A stretch of DNA of 64,000 nucleotides from an uncultured bacterium (GTDB taxonomy: Bacteria; Oederibacteriota; JAAXVQ01; JAUVAV01), in contig CAVQBK010000013.1 of NCBI GenBank assembly GCA_963710755.1, forward strand, positions 1 through 64,000, written 5' to 3'. The notes under the pieces were generated by a model. The model made no database searches and had not been told where the DNA came from. It was given only the letters and a program-made list of their open reading frames with translations. Within the stretch, counting starts at the first letter, position 1. Each line of letters starts with the position of its first letter. The translations under genes and the position numbers were made by a program. Below, piece after piece: positions 40,879 through 50,822 of this stretch.

Positions 40879-41436
40879 TCAGTCCGTCCAGGTCACATGC
40901 CAACGGCGGGCCTGAAGATCACGATTGTCGATTTTTATTTCGATATTGATTTTGCCGGTAATTTCGAACATCCCTTCAATATATCCCGCGATAAAATCCA
41001 GGTTGACCGAGGTCAGTTCCGGATCGCCCATGACACAAAACACGAATTTACGGTTTTGTTCGTCGCACATCTCCATCACCGGCTTGCCGGTATCATAAAA
41101 AGTCTCCCAAATTTTGGTGCCTTGGGAAAAAATGCCACGCACTGAGGGGTCCTTGAAGAGCATGGCGTAAATACCTTCATCCTTCAAATTGTCATGAGCA
41201 CATTCCCGTCCCATTTCCCAAACTCCATTGTAATGGTCGGGATACAGCACCTGGCCGGCCGCAGCCATGATGGCCGCAGCCACTTTGACCGGCACCCAGG
41301 AAACGGACAAGGTGTTTTTATAAATAGAAAAGTCTTCGGGACTCAACTTACTTTTCAATGCTGCTTCTTTGTTGGCGCCCGCATTTTTAAATAAGGACCG
41401 GATAGTGGTGATATCGGTACCTTTCAATTTGGACAT
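40879..41436 (-). CDS. Hypothetical protein, DUF2378/V4R-like ligand-binding fold possible
   Basis: KGT...SWVP...MGR..A...W.TFYDTG pattern; GGAGG RBS. Confidence 0.55.
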   Translation of the reverse strand: MSKLKGTDITTIRSLFKNAGANKEAALKSKLSPEDFSIYKNTLSVSWVPVKVAAAIMAAAGQVLYPDHYNGVWEMGRECAHDNLKDEGIYAMLFKDPSVRGIFSQGTKIWETFYDTGKPVMEMCDEQNRKFVFCVMGDPELTSVNLDFIAGYIEGMFEITGKINIEIKIDNRDLQARRWHVTWTD

Positions 41437-41786
41437 GGTAATCCTCCATGCTTTTTACCCTTGACCCGAACTTTTCACCAATTAATATCGGGATTATTTA
41501 ACCATGACTTTAAGTACTTTAATAGGGTGAAGCCGTTCTGCAGTCAGGCCTCATGCCGGCGGAGGGCACAACCAAGCTGGTTGGAAAGTGATCACAGCCT
41601 GATTTTCAATTGCCATGACCAAGCAGTAATTAACCAAAACAAGCCCCCTTCCCATTGGTCCGAACAACCCGTTATGCCTGGGGAAAGTCCTTTTAATAGG
41701 CCAGGATACTCATTGATACGTTGACTTGAATTTGGAGAGCTAGTAGAATAAAAAAAGTTTACAACCTTGTAGTTGCAAAGGACATT

Positions 41787-42986
41787 ATGACGACTCCTCT
41801 ATTTAATCCCATTGTGTTGGGTGGTATTCGGTTAAACAACCGCATTATCCGCTCCGCCACCCATGAAGGGTTGGCGGACGAGCGCGGATGGCCAACCCAG
41901 GCTTTAGTCCAGAAATATATTCATCTGGCCAAGGGCGGGGCCGGTGCCATTATTACCGGCTATGCCGGTATTCAAGCAGATGGCAAATCCACCGGTCTCA
42001 ACATGAATATGATGGACGATGACGAAGCCATTGCCAAGTACCGCGCTGTAACCGACGCTGTCCATGCCTGCCAAACACCCATTATTTTGCAACTGGCCCA
42101 TTGCGGACGCCAGACCAGATCTAAAAAAACCGGTTTTCCCACCGTGGCCCCCTCCGCGATTCGCGACAACTATTCAGGGGAAAAACCCATGACTTTAAGC
42201 GAAGCCGGGATTAACACGATCATTGATAATTTTGTCCAGGCTATTGACCGGGCCAAACAAGCCGGTTTTGACGGCGTGCAATTGCATGCAGCTCATGGCT
42301 ATCTGCTGGCTCAATTCTTATCAGCTTATAGCAACCACCGCAAAGACCGTTGGGGCGGCAGCCTGGAAAACCGTTTCCGTATCTTAAAGGAAATCATTAG
42401 CCTCGCCCGCGACCGGGTGGATGATTTTCCCATCTGGGTCAAGTTAAATGCCTACGACCATCGCCCGGGTGGTATGCGGGTGGACAAAGCTGTACAGATC
42501 GCTCAACTGCTGGAAGCCAGCGGGGTTCAGGCTTTGGAAATCTCGTCAGGCACCTTCGAGGAAAACCTTTCCAGCATCCGTAATGCGGTTCTGCCCACAG
42601 AAGCAGTTTACAAATATGTATTGCATATGGGACAAGTCCCCCGCTGGTTGAAATTTCTCCTTTATCCTTTTGTGTATGCCAAAATCAAGCCCATCCTGCC
42701 TTTAGAAAATTATAATGTTTCGGCAGCCGCCCAAATCAAAGCCGGCGTTTCCATTCCGGTTATTGTGGTGGGGGGGATCAAGCGCCTGGAGGATATCACG
42801 CGGATTATCTCGGACCGTTCGGCGGATGCGGTTTCCCTGTGCCGGCCTTTCATCATAGAGCCTAATATTGTGAAAAAATTCCAAGCCGGTCAGCAAGCCA
42901 CCAAATGTATTTATTGTTCCATTTGTGCTATTGCCTTTGAAGTCAATTCCCTGCGCTGTTACCACGGCAAAACCCCCGCCGCCTAG
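41787..42986 (+). CDS. NADH:flavin oxidoreductase (Old Yellow Enzyme family)
   Basis: NRIIRSAT, QLAHCGRQ, AGFDGVQLHAAHGYLLAQFLS, D.WGGSLENR. Confidence 0.93.
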   Translation: MTTPLFNPIVLGGIRLNNRIIRSATHEGLADERGWPTQALVQKYIHLAKGGAGAIITGYAGIQADGKSTGLNMNMMDDDEAIAKYRAVTDAVHACQTPIILQLAHCGRQTRSKKTGFPTVAPSAIRDNYSGEKPMTLSEAGINTIIDNFVQAIDRAKQAGFDGVQLHAAHGYLLAQFLSAYSNHRKDRWGGSLENRFRILKEIISLARDRVDDFPIWVKLNAYDHRPGGMRVDKAVQIAQLLEASGVQALEISSGTFEENLSSIRNAVLPTEAVYKYVLHMGQVPRWLKFLLYPFVYAKIKPILPLENYNVSAAAQIKAGVSIPVIVVGGIKRLEDITRIISDRSADAVSLCRPFIIEPNIVKKFQAGQQATKCIYCSICAIAFEVNSLRCYHGKTPAA

Positions 42987-43152
42987 AACGCTGAGCAATT
43001 ACTTGTTCCGCCTCCCGAGCAATCGAGCATCGACAATCAAAAATTGACGACCATGCCGGGGACATGATCCATTCGTTCAAATGCCCCTTTTTCGTTGACC
43101 TTTTCCCGGGGTGCGCTTATCATAATTCATCTCGCCGGAAGGAGTTTGGATC

Positions 43153-43347
43153 ATGTTCGGACTGGGATTTCAGGAAATTCTGCTCATTCTATTACTGGCG
43201 TTGTTGCTTTTCGGCGCCAAGAAGTTGCCTGCCGTAGGCCGGGCCATCGGGCAGTCTATCCGCGAATTTAAAAAAGCTTTTCAAGGTGAAGAAGGACAGC
43301 CGGAGGAACCTTCCCATGACGAAAACGGGGATTCCACCAAGTCATGA
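43153..43347 (+). CDS. tatA: Twin-arginine translocase TatA/E
   Basis: G..EIL...LLLFGAKKLP.VGRAIGQSIREFKK. Confidence 0.95.
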   Translation: MFGLGFQEILLILLLALLLFGAKKLPAVGRAIGQSIREFKKAFQGEEGQPEEPSHDENGDSTKS

Positions 43348-44089
43348 AATGACCGTGATTGACCATCTTGAGGAACTGCGGTCACGTCTTTTAAAAAGCG
43401 TGGGCTTTTTGTTGATCACCACCCTTACCGGGTTTGTTTTTGCCAAACCTCTGGTCGCGGTACTTAAATTACCAAGCCATCATGTGGTGGATCATTTCAT
43501 CCTCGTCAAACCCACTGAAATCATTGCCGTTTATTTTAAAATCGCCCTGTATGTGGGCTTTCTGCTGGCCTTACCTTATATCCTTTTTCAGCTTTGGCGT
43601 TTTATCAAGCCGGCCCTGGAAAAACGTCCTTCTTTACACCTTGTGGTCTGGGGTCTTGCTGCGGTGCTATTGTTTGCCGGAGGAACGGCTTTTGTATTCT
43701 TTTTTGCCGCCCCGGAAGCCTTAAACTTTCTCATGCGGCTTTCCAAAGACAGCGCCCTGCCCATGCTGACGCTCAATTTTTATACCTCTTTCATACTTTC
43801 CTTGCTCGTTCTGGGTGGCTTTATTTTTGAAATCCCGGTAGTTACCGGATTGCTGACCAGCATCGGTCTGCTCAATCCCCGCATCTTGAGGCAAAACCGC
43901 AAAATCGTTGTTTTCGTACTTTTTATTATTGCCGCTGTTATGACCCCCACCACGGATGTATTCAATATGCTTCTTTTTGCCCTTCCCATGATCGTACTCT
44001 TCGAAATCGCCATTTTATTGTCGTCCTTGATTTTTAAGGCCAAACTAAAAAAAGACCCGGTAGGTGAAGCTTATGAAACCGAGCATTAA
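43316..44089 (+). CDS. tatC: Twin-arginine translocase TatC
   Basis: MT..DHLEELRSRL, PTE, QLWRFIKPAL, FEIP, AAVMTP. Start is approximate. Confidence 0.95.
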   Translation: MTKTGIPPSHEMTVIDHLEELRSRLLKSVGFLLITTLTGFVFAKPLVAVLKLPSHHVVDHFILVKPTEIIAVYFKIALYVGFLLALPYILFQLWRFIKPALEKRPSLHLVVWGLAAVLLFAGGTAFVFFFAAPEALNFLMRLSKDSALPMLTLNFYTSFILSLLVLGGFIFEIPVVTGLLTSIGLLNPRILRQNRKIVVFVLFIIAAVMTPTTDVFNMLLFALPMIVLFEIAILLSSLIFKAKLKKDPVGEAYETEH

Positions 44090-45074
44090 CTCTCTTTTTA
44101 ATTTCAAAAAGTTCAAGGACTTTATTCAAACACCTTTTTCCAGAGGACATTTCCTGAAATTGCTGGGCCTATTTTCTTTAACCGCCCTGTTCACTACCAA
44201 AACCACCGGCAGCCTTATGGCCCGCAATAGTAAAGCCATCAGCCCGCGTCGCGGTAAAAAAATCATTACCCCCGTGCCTCTGGCTGTGGTACAGGGTAAA
44301 GATCCTGTAATCAACACCCGTAAGGCCGTGGACCTTCTGGGCGGCATGGATAAGTTCGTACGCTCCGGGGACACCGTGGTGATCAAACCCAATATCGGCT
44401 GGAACCGCGCGCCCGAATATGCGGCCAATACCAATCCTTTGGTGGTGGCCACGCTGGTGGCCATGGCCAAAGAAGCCGGCGCCAAAAGAGTGAGGGTCTT
44501 TGACAATACCTGTAATGATCCCAGAATGTGTTACGACCACAGCGGTATCAAAGAAGCGGTCAAAAAAAGCGGCGGTATGATTTACCATGTGAGTGAGCTC
44601 AAATGGCGGCCTGGCCGTTTTCCTGCCGGTGCGGCCATGACGGATTGGCTCATGTACCAGGATGCCGTGGAGTGCGATACCTTCATCAATGTGCCTGTGG
44701 CCAAGCATCACGGGCTTTCCAAGCTGACTCTGTCGATTAAAAATTTGATGGGCGTCTGCGGCGGCCGCCGCGGCGCCATGCATTGGAACTTGGATGAGAA
44801 GCTGGCTGAGGTGTTGGCCTTTATCCGGCCCGAGCTCACCGTAGTGGATGGCACTCGTATTTTATTGCGCCACGGTCCCACCGGCGGCAACCTGGAAGAT
44901 GTAGCCCAGCGTGATACTATCATTGCCAGCCATGATCCCGTGCTGGCCGATGCTTATGCTACCACCTTGTTCGGCATGAAACCGGAGGATATTGGTTATA
45001 TTCAAGCCTCCGCCAAGGCCGGGTTGGGAAGCATGGATATTCATCAACCGGGCATCAGGAAAATCCAGGCATGA
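44073..45074 (+). CDS. DUF362 domain protein with a Tat-like signal
   Basis: LGGM..FV..GD.VVIKPNIGW...ANTNP, INVPVAKHH, LTLSIKNLMG; SRGHFLK in the leader. Confidence 0.88.
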   Translation: MKPSINSLFNFKKFKDFIQTPFSRGHFLKLLGLFSLTALFTTKTTGSLMARNSKAISPRRGKKIITPVPLAVVQGKDPVINTRKAVDLLGGMDKFVRSGDTVVIKPNIGWNRAPEYAANTNPLVVATLVAMAKEAGAKRVRVFDNTCNDPRMCYDHSGIKEAVKKSGGMIYHVSELKWRPGRFPAGAAMTDWLMYQDAVECDTFINVPVAKHHGLSKLTLSIKNLMGVCGGRRGAMHWNLDEKLAEVLAFIRPELTVVDGTRILLRHGPTGGNLEDVAQRDTIIASHDPVLADAYATTLFGMKPEDIGYIQASAKAGLGSMDIHQPGIRKIQA

Positions 45075-46594
45075 ATTGGAGCCTTACCCGAAAAATCGTG
45101 CAGGGCCTTTTTTTCGCTTTATTTGTATACATCATCTGGATGACCCGTTATCCTCTGTCGGCCGCCTTGAATCCCGCCTTTTTATTTCATCTTGATCCTT
45201 TGGTAATGCTGATGACTTCCGTGGCCGAACGTCTGCTCATCCCCGGGCTGGTGCTCACCGTACTGACGCTGGCCTTAACCTTGGTCTTTGGCCGCGTTTT
45301 TTGCGGCTGGTTTTGCCCCTTGGGTACCACCATGGACATCATGGCCTGGCTGCGAAAAAAATGGCACCGCTATAAAGAAGGTGAACCATCACCCTGGCTG
45401 AATGCCAAAACCGGAATTTTGGTCCTACTTTTTTTAGCGGCGCTGGGCGGCTTGCAGGCCATATGGTTCTTTGATCCCCTCACCATTTTTGTGCGCACTT
45501 TTTCATTTAACATTCATCCCTGGGTGAATGGGGGGGTGGACCGTCTGCTGGCGCAACTGCTGGCGTGGTTTCCTGACTGGACCGGTCTGGAGAGTGCTTA
45601 CTATTGGTTAAAGGATGCCGTGCTCGATGTAGCAGTACCTCATTTTCCCACTACCGAGGCTATCCTGCTGATTTTTTTGGCCATCCTAGGGGCCGTGCTA
45701 TTTCAACGCCGTTTCTGGTGTCGTTACCTTTGCCCCCTGGGCGCTTTGCTTGGGACCTGCTCCAGAGCGGCCTGGTTAAAACGCCAGGTGGATGATTGCA
45801 CCAGTAATTGCGGTATGTGCCGCCATAGTTGCCCCACCAATGCCATCAAAGGGAATACTTCTTACTTGCCCCAGGAGTGCATTATGTGCATGGACTGCAC
45901 CCGGGCTTGTCCTACTTCAAAAAACACGTTTCGTTTCCAGCCTCTGCGTTTGAAATCAAAGAAACAAGTCTTGTCATCCCCTCTTGAGAAACCGGCCGCC
46001 AAAGGCATGTCGCGGGCTGACTTTTTGCTTTTGATGGGATCCTCGCTGGTCCTAAGTGCCTGCGCTCCAGGCAAGCCGTCTGCCCAGGCCCATGGCCTGC
46101 GCCCGCCCGGGGCTTTGCCGGAAAACCATTTTGTAGACCGTTGTGTACGCTGTGGTAATTGCATGAAGATATGCCCCACCAACGTATTGCAGCCGAGCAT
46201 GCTGGAATCAGGCCTGGAAGGTATCTGGTCACCCAAAATGAATTTTCCGGCCAGTTATTGCGAATTGGAGTGTACCCTGTGCGGTCAGGTTTGCCCCACT
46301 GAAGCCATCCGGCCTTTGACCGTGCAGCGTAAACGGCTCACGAAAATTGGATTGGCCAAGGTTGACCATCAGCTGTGCGTGCCCTGGAAGGAAGATACCC
46401 CCTGCCTGGTGTGTGAAGAACATTGCCCGGTGGCCCAAAAGGCTATTAAGATCACCTACAAGACCGGTGCCAACGGCAAGCTCATCGGACGTCCTGTAGT
46501 TGATCCCACCTTATGCATTGGTTGCGGCATATGCGAGAATAAATGTCCGGTCAGGCCCAAGCGGGCGATTGTGGTCAAGCCGTTGCAAGTCTGA
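45071..46594 (+). CDS. Membrane polyferredoxin (NapH/MauN-like fused to NapG/MauM-like)
   Basis: GRVFCGWFCPLG, RFWCRYLCPLG, RPPGA, multiple CxxCxxCxxxCP. Confidence 0.9.
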   Translation: MNWSLTRKIVQGLFFALFVYIIWMTRYPLSAALNPAFLFHLDPLVMLMTSVAERLLIPGLVLTVLTLALTLVFGRVFCGWFCPLGTTMDIMAWLRKKWHRYKEGEPSPWLNAKTGILVLLFLAALGGLQAIWFFDPLTIFVRTFSFNIHPWVNGGVDRLLAQLLAWFPDWTGLESAYYWLKDAVLDVAVPHFPTTEAILLIFLAILGAVLFQRRFWCRYLCPLGALLGTCSRAAWLKRQVDDCTSNCGMCRHSCPTNAIKGNTSYLPQECIMCMDCTRACPTSKNTFRFQPLRLKSKKQVLSSPLEKPAAKGMSRADFLLLMGSSLVLSACAPGKPSAQAHGLRPPGALPENHFVDRCVRCGNCMKICPTNVLQPSMLESGLEGIWSPKMNFPASYCELECTLCGQVCPTEAIRPLTVQRKRLTKIGLAKVDHQLCVPWKEDTPCLVCEEHCPVAQKAIKITYKTGANGKLIGRPVVDPTLCIGCGICENKCPVRPKRAIVVKPLQV

Positions 46595-46600
46595 GCCTGC

Positions 46601-47590
46601 TTAAATGGACATACCAATGGCTATGCCGTAACGATAAGGGCCTTCCACAAACTCCCCGGTTGGATCTTCGTAGGTCCATCCCTGTTGAAAAAGATTTTCA
46701 AGCCTGGGATTAGCCACGGCCGTGGCAAAATCCCCAAAGAACCGTATGACAAAATCATCCATCACCAAATCAATCCCTACCTGAAGGGACGTGGAAAAGG
46801 CAGTGCCCGAGGTATCGCTGTATTTTTTCTCTTCCTCCCGGTTGCCAATGGTGACCTGCCAGGCATAGAGCCCTGCCGATACACCCACCCAAGGCTGAAA
46901 CAGGCCCGTCATAGGATAATATTTGGTCCCCAGGCGCAGGATAGTGGTATCCATATAATAGCGCACATCCATGGGAAAAGGCCCGATCCTGGCATCATTG
47001 TAACCACTCTGTTCCCAAACCCAGAACCCAATGCCATAGCCGTCTTTTTTAGCCAATAATTTATCCCAACTGCTGAAGCCGGCGTCCAGGTTAAAGGAGA
47101 GAAAATCCGCCATGCGCCATTCCATGCTCATGCCCGCTCCCCAGGAGGAATCATAAGGCTCCATGCCATTGTTAAAATAGGGATTACCTGGAATATAAGA
47201 TGAACTATCCCAAGGTTCACAGGGCATATGTCCTGTCAGACCTGATTGCATGGTCCCGTAAATATATAGAAAAGACTGTTTGAGGGTGGTCGCGGTTTGC
47301 GCAGAACCTGGTCCTGTCGACGCCGGCGGGGTGGCGACCGGGATTAAAGGTTGGGGTCCGGCGGCGCTGATTTTTTCACCAGTAGCGGCATCAAAGATAT
47401 CATTGACCTCGCTCCATTTGAGCTGCCGCGCCTTGTGGTCATCACCCTGTAAGTAGACCACCTGGTCATTGGCGCCAATCATGTCACCTTTGAGCAAGGT
47501 ACCATCATGGAGGATGATATTGACATTTCTCGCCAAACTCAACGAAGTCCCGGCCGCCAGCATGCAAAGGATCAAGAGCATTTTTTTCAT
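46601..47590 (-). CDS. Exported hypothetical protein, probable C-terminal beta-barrel
   Basis: Sec signal, Pro/Thr linker, alternating aromatic beta strands (QPWVGVSAGLY). Confidence 0.65.
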   Translation of the reverse strand: MKKMLLILCMLAAGTSLSLARNVNIILHDGTLLKGDMIGANDQVVYLQGDDHKARQLKWSEVNDIFDAATGEKISAAGPQPLIPVATPPASTGPGSAQTATTLKQSFLYIYGTMQSGLTGHMPCEPWDSSSYIPGNPYFNNGMEPYDSSWGAGMSMEWRMADFLSFNLDAGFSSWDKLLAKKDGYGIGFWVWEQSGYNDARIGPFPMDVRYYMDTTILRLGTKYYPMTGLFQPWVGVSAGLYAWQVTIGNREEEKKYSDTSGTAFSTSLQVGIDLVMDDFVIRFFGDFATAVANPRLENLFQQGWTYEDPTGEFVEGPYRYGIAIGMSI

Positions 47591-47849
47591 GACACACTCC
47601 TTGAAGGTGCCTTCTCACAGGAAGGATTAGGATGACTTATGACCTTTTAAGTATCGGCAGATGTCATGATATTTACTAGCGTATATGAATTATTAACCTG
47701 GGCTCCAAGCTTCACTCCGGGAGGACATCCCCTGCCCCCGGGAAGGGACGATTAGCGTTGTTCCCTCCGTGCAAGTATCCTATAATACCCCGGTAACGAC
47801 ATGCCCGTCGCAGGTCATTACTATCACAGCAGAAAAAGGAGGGTTCCCC

Positions 47850-48386
47850 ATGATGCCTGTCGGTCCTTTGATGATTGAGCACCGGTTAATTGAGCGCATG
47901 ATTAAGCTTATCAAAAAAGAGGTGGGCGCCGCCCGCCTACAACGAACCATTAGCCCTAATTTCATTATGACGGCCGTTGATTTTATCCGGACTTATGCGG
48001 ATAAATTACATCACGGCAAAGAAGAAGATATTCTCTTTCGCAGTCTGGCCGAGAAACCTCTCTCGCCCGAGCATAAACGCATCATGGATGAATTGGTGGC
48101 CGAACATGAACAGGGCCGGTCCACGGTGGGTCGGATTATAGAAACCCATAACCTTTACCAGCAGGGTCATAAGCAAGCGTTACAAGAGCTTTTGGAAAAT
48201 CTGGACTATTTGGCAGATTTTTACCCCAAGCATATCGAGAAAGAAGACAAGCATTTTTTCCTGCCGATTATGAATTATTTCAATGCCGATGAGCAGGCCG
48301 CTATGCTTAATGAGTTTTATTTATTCGACCGTCAATTCATTCATGCGAAGTATAAAGAGGTGGTGGCCAAATTACAGGCGGATTAG
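47850..48386 (+). CDS. Hemerythrin/HHE cation-binding protein
   Basis: EHRLI, HHGKEEDILF, EHEQGR, HIEKEDKHFF; AGGAGG RBS. Confidence 0.9.
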   Translation: MMPVGPLMIEHRLIERMIKLIKKEVGAARLQRTISPNFIMTAVDFIRTYADKLHHGKEEDILFRSLAEKPLSPEHKRIMDELVAEHEQGRSTVGRIIETHNLYQQGHKQALQELLENLDYLADFYPKHIEKEDKHFFLPIMNYFNADEQAAMLNEFYLFDRQFIHAKYKEVVAKLQAD

Positions 48387-48519
48387 GATAAAAATTTTTT
48401 CATTTTCCTAATTTACCGTCAAATTGTAATTGACTTTAAAATCACCCATTGAGATAATCTGCCGATTTCCTTCACAGGCTATCATCGCTTTCATTCTGAG
48501 GCTTTCTGGTCAACGTAAA

Positions 48520-48855
48520 ATGAAGAAGCTGGCAATTATTCTCCTGGCATTTTTCTCCCTGGCTCACTATTGGCCGGGGGCATCCTACCATAGGTTGGGC
48601 AATAGCGACAGCAGCCGAAGTCTGTCCGGCCAATTGGCAACTTTGGATTTTATCGAGCTTTCTCAAGAAGGCCTCAAAAACATCCATACCTCAGCGAATA
48701 TTAGAAAATCTCACCACTACCATTTTAATCTTGGAAGTACACCTTCGTTTTCCTTTCCCTGCCTTGGCCAGCCCCTGGTCACACGCGTGCCCGATCATTA
48801 TTATCCCAGTTACTTAACCCTTACACTGCACTCATTGCCGCCGCCATGCGCCTAA
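48520..48855 (+). CDS. Small secreted-type protein ending in SLPPP (leader-peptide-like)
   Basis: MKKLAIILLAFFSLAH signal, His cluster, C-terminal HSLPPPCA. Confidence 0.5.
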   Translation: MKKLAIILLAFFSLAHYWPGASYHRLGNSDSSRSLSGQLATLDFIELSQEGLKNIHTSANIRKSHHYHFNLGSTPSFSFPCLGQPLVTRVPDHYYPSYLTLTLHSLPPPCA

Positions 48856-49034
48856 CCGTCATTAACGCTTAATTATTTTCTTTGGAAGCATTTCGCAGCC
48901 AATCTCCTGGCTTCTAAAGCAGCCTCTGTCAGATCGTGGCACCACGTCTGCTTACGCTGACGTTATCGCCTTACCCGGCTGCGTCATATAACTTGATCAA
49001 CGCTTGCGTTTAACTTTGGTATGAAAGGAGGTGA

Positions 49035-49244
49035 ATGACAATGAAAAAATTCTCTTTGCTGTTTGTCATGCTCTTGACGTTGGGCATGGTATTAACTTCA
49101 GGTTGCCATAAAAATACGGCAGCACAACCACAGGCCGGCCAGGCTGTCACCCAGCCCGAACAGGCAGCTACCCCGGAAACCGGCATGCAGGCTACGCCTG
49201 AAGCTGGCGCAGAAGCGCAGCCGACAACCGAAACTGCTCAATAA
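49035..49244 (+). CDS. Small lipoprotein
   Basis: AAGGAGG RBS, lipobox LTSG-C, Ala/Gln/Pro/Glu-rich tail. Confidence 0.8.
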   Translation: MTMKKFSLLFVMLLTLGMVLTSGCHKNTAAQPQAGQAVTQPEQAATPETGMQATPEAGAEAQPTTETAQ

Positions 49245-49325
49245 TTGTATTTTCGAAAGCAATTCATCACTGGAAGAGACCGGCCATGGTTGGCCGGTCT
49301 CTAATCTTTGCACAAGAGGATAGCC

Positions 49326-49568
49326 ATGACCACTACAACGGAAATACCCGAAGGTTATACTACACCTGCCACCCTGGGATTTGGCTGGCTGCTTTTTTGT
49401 TTTACCTTAATTCCCATTCTTCTGGGTTTTACAGACGGAAAACCGGTTTTGTTAATCGTAGGATCTATCGGACTGGCAGTAAGCCTGGTGCTCATTTTTT
49501 TAGGATCTGCCCAGAGGAAAAAAGTGATTGCCAACCTTCAGAAAGAAAAGCAAACCCCATCAGTTTAA
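49326..49568 (+). CDS. Small 2-TM hypothetical protein
   Basis: GAGGA RBS before MTTTTEIP; two hydrophobic helices. Confidence 0.6.
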   Translation: MTTTTEIPEGYTTPATLGFGWLLFCFTLIPILLGFTDGKPVLLIVGSIGLAVSLVLIFLGSAQRKKVIANLQKEKQTPSV

Positions 49569-49657
49569 CCGCCCCGGCGGGCTGCTCCGAAACCTGTGAA
49601 GCGTGCCTCATGTCATAACCCGTTTATGGTTCTCTGCGGGCACGCGACCAGGGGTTA

Positions 49658-50800
49658 TTATTTATCGGCACCAATATCAATCACCGTAATTTCGGGTGGC
49701 GCCAGCAGACGCATGGGTGGGCCCCAGGTTCCGGTGCCCCGGCTTACATACAGCCATTGTTGCGGCCGCAGCTTAAATAACCCGCTGTGATAGGGAAAAG
49801 CTAATTTGGTAAAAAGATGAAAAGGAAACAACTGACCCTTGTGGGTATGGCCGGAAAGCTGCAGATCAAACAAGCCCAGGCTTTCCGGATCCACCACAGG
49901 CCGATGTTTTAATAATATTCTCAAACCATGATGCCCGTCTTCACTAAGCAGGGTCTTTTCCGGCGGCATGGCAAAATGTTTGAAATATTTCCCGCTGGGA
50001 TCATCCACCCCGGCCAGCACCAGACCATTGCTGAGCGTCCTTGTCTCTCCCTGCAACAGATCAAACCCGGCAGCTTTTAAAAAATCCACGCTCGACTGAT
50101 ACCCGGCAATATATTCATGATTACCCATGATGGCATATTTGCCCAAGGGCGCTTGGAGCTGCTTGAACATATTAGCCAATGCGCCCCCGGCCTCCAACGG
50201 GGCATCTACTAAATCCCCAGTGCACACAATTAAATCCGGTTTCTGGGCATTGATTTGCTTAATGATTTTATGCAGATAATCTTCCCGGATAAGGGTTCCT
50301 AAATGAAGATCGGAAATTTGCACCAGCCGTAGAGTTTGGGAAAGGGATTGTTGTTGGGCCGTATTAATCTTGAGATGCTCAACTTTGACTTGTGAGGCTT
50401 CGTAAAAGGCCATCAGCGTGCCCGCAGCCACCAAGAGCAAGGTGAGATTCATTTTTAAGGTGGACGTCATTATCCAGGAAGACCCATGCGCGCCGGTCCA
50501 TGGTTGAATCAGGTACAACCCGCCCTGGAGCATGCTAAACGTCACAAACCCTGCCAGCATAAGAAAAATAATGCCCATCCAGGTAAAGGCCAACCAGGAT
50601 ACAGGCCGGGTCAGCCAAAAAACCAGGTGCTTTCTTTCCAGAATGGCCAGCAGCATAGGCAGGGCCACCATCAGTACCATAAAAGCTATCAAGGCCATCC
50701 TAGCGGTATAAGAAAAGGGATAAGCCTGCATAAGACTGGTGGTCATCCAATAATGCAAACCACCATAAACCAGCAGGTAGATCCCAATAAAGATCAACAT
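49658..50800 (-). CDS. Membrane-anchored metallophosphoesterase (YkuE-like)
   Basis: SDLH, TGD, GNHE, LSGHTHKGQ, SRGTGTWGPPMR. Confidence 0.92.
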   Translation of the reverse strand: MLIFIGIYLLVYGGLHYWMTTSLMQAYPFSYTARMALIAFMVLMVALPMLLAILERKHLVFWLTRPVSWLAFTWMGIIFLMLAGFVTFSMLQGGLYLIQPWTGAHGSSWIMTSTLKMNLTLLLVAAGTLMAFYEASQVKVEHLKINTAQQQSLSQTLRLVQISDLHLGTLIREDYLHKIIKQINAQKPDLIVCTGDLVDAPLEAGGALANMFKQLQAPLGKYAIMGNHEYIAGYQSSVDFLKAAGFDLLQGETRTLSNGLVLAGVDDPSGKYFKHFAMPPEKTLLSEDGHHGLRILLKHRPVVDPESLGLFDLQLSGHTHKGQLFPFHLFTKLAFPYHSGLFKLRPQQWLYVSRGTGTWGPPMRLLAPPEITVIDIGADK

Positions 50801-50822
50801 GGCCAGGTCCTTTCAGATACGG

